Of a stretch of DNA of 64,000 nucleotides, positions 59,926 to 64,000 are shown piece after piece. The notes beneath the pieces were generated by a model. The model ran no database searches, was not told where the DNA came from, and saw only the letters and a program-made list of their open reading frames with translations. The stretch spans positions 4,712,001 to 4,776,000 of the forward strand of contig OX597836.1 of the NCBI GenBank assembly GCA_951406725.2, given 5' to 3'. Each line of letters opens with the position of its first letter. The first letter of the stretch is position 1. The stretch is from Octopus vulgaris (Eukaryota). The translations under genes were made by a program, and so were the position numbers.

Positions 59926-60135
59926 TGTGTGTCTGTGTTTGTCCCCCTAGCATTGCTTGACAACCGATGCTGATGTGTTTACGTCCCCGTCACTTAGCGG
60001 TTCGGCAAAAGAGACCAATAGAATAAGTACTGGGCTTACAAAGAAAAGGTCCTGGGGTCGATTTGCTCGACTAAAGGCGGTGCTCCAGCATGGCCGCAGT
60101 CAAATGACTGAAACAAGTAAAAGAGTAAAAAGAGT
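59720..60135 (+). mobile_element. SINE family A, full length (reference copy); tRNA head plus CORE-like domain
   Basis: A box TGGCTGTGTGG, B box GGTTCAGTCCC, CTTGGGCAAGTG CORE-like motif, internal (TA)n, (AAGAGTAA)-type tail. Confidence 0.95.
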
Positions 60136-60309
60136 ATAGCAGCAAATTTATACTCTGGGTGTAGAAGACGATGGGTTCGAAGATATCCGTGCAAGTATCT
60201 GCTAATGTGTGCCTCTGTGTGTATGTATACTATTAAACAACAATTAAAATGCTCTATGCTTGTTCGAGCCCCTGCTCGCACCTCTTGAATATAAAAACGT
60301 TTCTGTTTA

Positions 60310-60545
60310 TAGGCGGCGAGCTGGCAGAATCGTTAGCACAACGGGCGAAATGCGTAGCCGTATTTCGTCTGTCTTGACGTTCTGAGTTCAAATTCCGCCG
60401 AGGTCGACTTTGCCTTTCATCCCTTCGGGGTCGATAAATTAAGTACCAGTTACGCACTGGGGGGGTCGATGTAATCAACTTAATCCCTTTGTGTGTCCTT
60501 GTTTGTCCCCTCTATGTTTAGCCCCTTGTGGGTAATAAAGAAACA
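60310..60545 (+). mobile_element. SINE family B monomer
   Basis: Near-identical to 57522-57757. Confidence 0.95.
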
Positions 60546-60596
60546 TATATCTGTAGCTTAATTTTTATAAATAGTTTTAATTATAAGTGTAGGACT

Positions 60597-61110
60597 GCAA
60601 CAACAACAGCAACAACGACAATAGCAACAATGATACCACTACTATCCCCACCACCGCCCCCACCGCCTCCACCACCGTCGTATTCGTAGCCGCAGCAATA
60701 TTACCAACATGAGCGCCGTCACGGCCACCTGCACCCGCCAAACCGTCTCCAACACTATCACCATCACCACCACCACCGTGACCACCACCATCACTACGGA
60801 ACCAGCACCACTATCACCACCACAACTAGAAACACAAATACCAATACCATCACCCCCGCCAACATCACAATCACCATCCCCAGCATAAGACCACCACTAC
60901 CACCACAACCATCACCACCACCACAACCACCAACACACCGCTTTCCACTAAGCTGCTACTGGTACAACACGGTATACTCACCACCTCATCACTTCAAAAT
61001 TACACAACCACAGCATTAACTATCAATACCACAGCAAACACCACCAGCACCACCAACCCCACCACTCACACTAGCACCACCAACACACCAACACTCTACC
61101 ACCACCACTA
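60597..61110. repeat. Degenerate (CAA/CAC)n triplet repeat
   Basis: Directly visible. Confidence 0.92.
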
Positions 61111-61501
61111 GCGAAGCACCGCACGATTCCTACAATATACTACAACCTCTACATACCAATACAACACCATTGCTATAAAGGTAACACGCGTCACAACGGC
61201 ACAACCATTACACACAAAACTACATATGGCCAGATATGATGCCATCGCACCGTTACTCGCTAGCACAAAGCAACGCTTCAATGCACCGCTATACACCACT
61301 GCACACCGCCACAGTATCACACACCGCTAAGCCGTCTCACTTCTGCATATTCCCACATTCGACACCTCCGTCGGAAATGTGTCATAGGTTAATGAAAGAA
61401 ATCGCAGTTCTTAAATATCTGAGATCGGTCATATTTATACGAATAGGTGCATATTCATACGTACATACTTACATACATACATACACACATATATATGTAT
61501 G

Positions 61502-61557
<56 letters not shown>

Positions 61558-61902
61558 TATATTAAATTAGAGATAAAACCACTATTAGGCAAATCAAACA
61601 GTGAAAATCATAAGCCAATACGTAGAAATAAAATTAATTACTAAAAAATATAAAATATAAAATATAAAAAATATTTTTTGCGGTAATTTTGCGAATAAGG
61701 TGTTCAACGTTCGTTCTATGTCAGCGTGTGTATATAAGAATTTTTGTGTAATAAGAAAAAAACCCAAGGCTTTGTGGATATAAGAACATTTATAGATAGA
61801 AGATCTTACAGTGGTTTTTTTTTTATCCCATTAGGCAAAAATTTCTTATAAATATATATATATTTATATACATATATATAGTCATGCATGCATATATACC
61901 TA

Positions 61903-61942
<40 letters not shown>

Positions 61943-61965
61943 TACATGCAAATATATATATGTAG

Positions 61966-62017
<52 letters not shown>

Positions 62018-62769
62018 TACATGTATGCATATATATATATATATCTCTTATTATAATATATATATATATAAACACACACTCATTATATACCTTCATATGA
62101 AGATACATGCAAACATGCATATATTCATACTCGTATACATACATACGTACATATATACAAACGTTGATACTCAGACATGTATACATAAGTATGCACTTAC
62201 ATGCCTATATTCACGTATTCACACACATACGTACACATACATAAATACATATACATACCTTCATACATAACACACACAAACACTTACATACGACCGTACA
62301 CATGTACATTTATACATACACACATACATATATAAATAATACATACATATATACATACACACATACATAAATAATACATACATACATACACACATACATA
62401 CATGCATACATTCATACACACATAAATGATACATACATACATAAATAATACATACATGCATACATACACACATACATAGACACATAATACATACATACAT
62501 ACTTACATATATACATACACACATGCACGCTTAAATAATACATATATGCATACATACATACACACAAGCATACATTTATACACACATGCATACATTCATA
62601 CATATATACACACCTACATACATACGTAAGCATCCCTTTACAAATCGCACAATATCTCAGAAAGTAGAACACTTTTCGGTGTCACTGCGCGGGGCGGGGT
62701 TTCAATTTCCGCTCTGTGTCCCCGATATTTTTTATAGGCTCTCAACTGGTGGAGGTGAAAATGGTTGCT

Positions 62770-63445
62770 GGTAGTTGGTGGTGGTGGTAGTGATGGTAGT
62801 GGTGGTGGTGGTGGGGATGGGTGGTGGTGGTTGCTTTATTGATTGCTTGTAGTAAGTAGTGGAGGAGGTTGTGGCGGCGCTAGTTGTTGTGGTATCGATG
62901 TTAGAAATTGCTGAAAATGGGTTTTCGTGGATATGCTTTAGTGCTGCTACTGCTGTTGCTGCTGTTGTTGTGGTTTTTGATGGTGGTGGTGGTGGTGGTG
63001 GTGGTGGTGGTGATGGTGGTGGTGGTGGTGGTGGTGGTGGTGGTGGTGGTGGTGGTAGTGGTGATGGTGGTTTGTGGTGATGTTGCTGGCGGCTGCGTTG
63101 ATGGTGGTGGTGGTGGTGGTGGTGGTGGTGGTGGTGGTGGTGGTGGTGGTGGTGGTGGTGGTGATACTCTGCTACTGCTGCTGCTGCTGATGATGTTGCT
63201 GGTGGTGGTGATAGTGGTAGTGTTTATGGTGGTGGTGTTGGTGGTGGTTGTGGTGGCGGTGGTTGTTTTCGTCACGGTGTATATGAGTGTGGTGGTGGTG
63301 GTGGTGGTGGTGATGCTCTTGGTGGCGATATAGTGTAGGTGATGGAGTTGGTGGAGATTATAATGCTAGTGGTTATGGTTGTGGTGGTGGTGGTGATGGT
63401 GGTCTTGCTGATGGTAGATGTGGTGGTGGTGGTGGTGGCGGTGCT
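62770..63445. repeat. (GGT)n-rich triplet repeat
   Basis: Directly visible. Confidence 0.97.
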
Positions 63446-63574
63446 AATATGTTTACTGATTTTGGTGTTGTTAATGATGACAGTATTGTTGTAGATGTTT
63501 AACTCAAGCTCAGACATCATTGCGTAGCTACCTATGATCAAAATCCTTCCAAAAGTGGCCACCACACGTTATTT

Positions 63575-63972
63575 TTACGACATATGTATCGTGGCACTTT
63601 ATGTCAGTTACGACGACGAGGGTCCCAGCTGATACGATCAACGGATCAGCTTGCTTGTTGAATTATTATGCAACTGACTGAGCACTCCACAGACACGTGT
63701 ACCCTTAACGTAGTTTTCAGAGAGTTTCAGCGTGGCTCAGAGTGTGACAAAGCTGGCTCTTTTGAAATACAGGTACAACAGAAACAGGAAGTAAGAGTGA
63801 GAGAAAGTTGTGGTGAAAGAATACAGCAGGTTTCGCCACAAACCCTGTCAGACCCTTGTAGAACTTTATGAGTTTTTGCTCAATAAACACTCAGAACGGC
63901 CGGTCTGGGAATCGAAACTGCAATCCTACGACCGAGAGTCCGCTGCCCTAACCACTGGGCCACTGCGCCTCC
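63575..63972 (-). mobile_element. tRNA-headed SINE (family C-type head, different body)
   Basis: Minus strand: ggaggcgcagtggcccagtggttagggcagcgg...gtttcgattcccagacc, then gtgtttattgagcaaaaac CORE-like segment; 3' boundary uncertain. Confidence 0.75.
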
Positions 63973-64000
63973 CCGACTTATATATAGAACTGTAATATAC

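Overview
Animal genomic DNA: AT-rich, extremely microsatellite-dense and mostly non-coding. The SINE families and repeat landscape resemble an octopus/cephalopod genome (inference). Nearly all supplied ORFs are translations of microsatellites or SINEs. Supported content: three tRNA-headed SINE families in many copies, decayed RTE-type LINE remnants, a Tc2/pogo-like MITE, a piggyBac-like MITE, an old local triplication, and one good minus-strand exon candidate (32106-32201) with several weaker ones. The most notable pattern is an RNA-structure one. A 2.5 kb near-perfect fold-back is built from the 3' end of a Penelope-like retroelement (GIY-YIG C-terminus plus a hammerhead ribozyme). There are at least five smaller fold-backs, seven minimal type I hammerhead motifs, and a separate full-size type III hammerhead candidate with loop1-loop2 complementarity at 34783-34866 (-). 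All alignments and folds were done by eye, so repeat boundaries are approximate.
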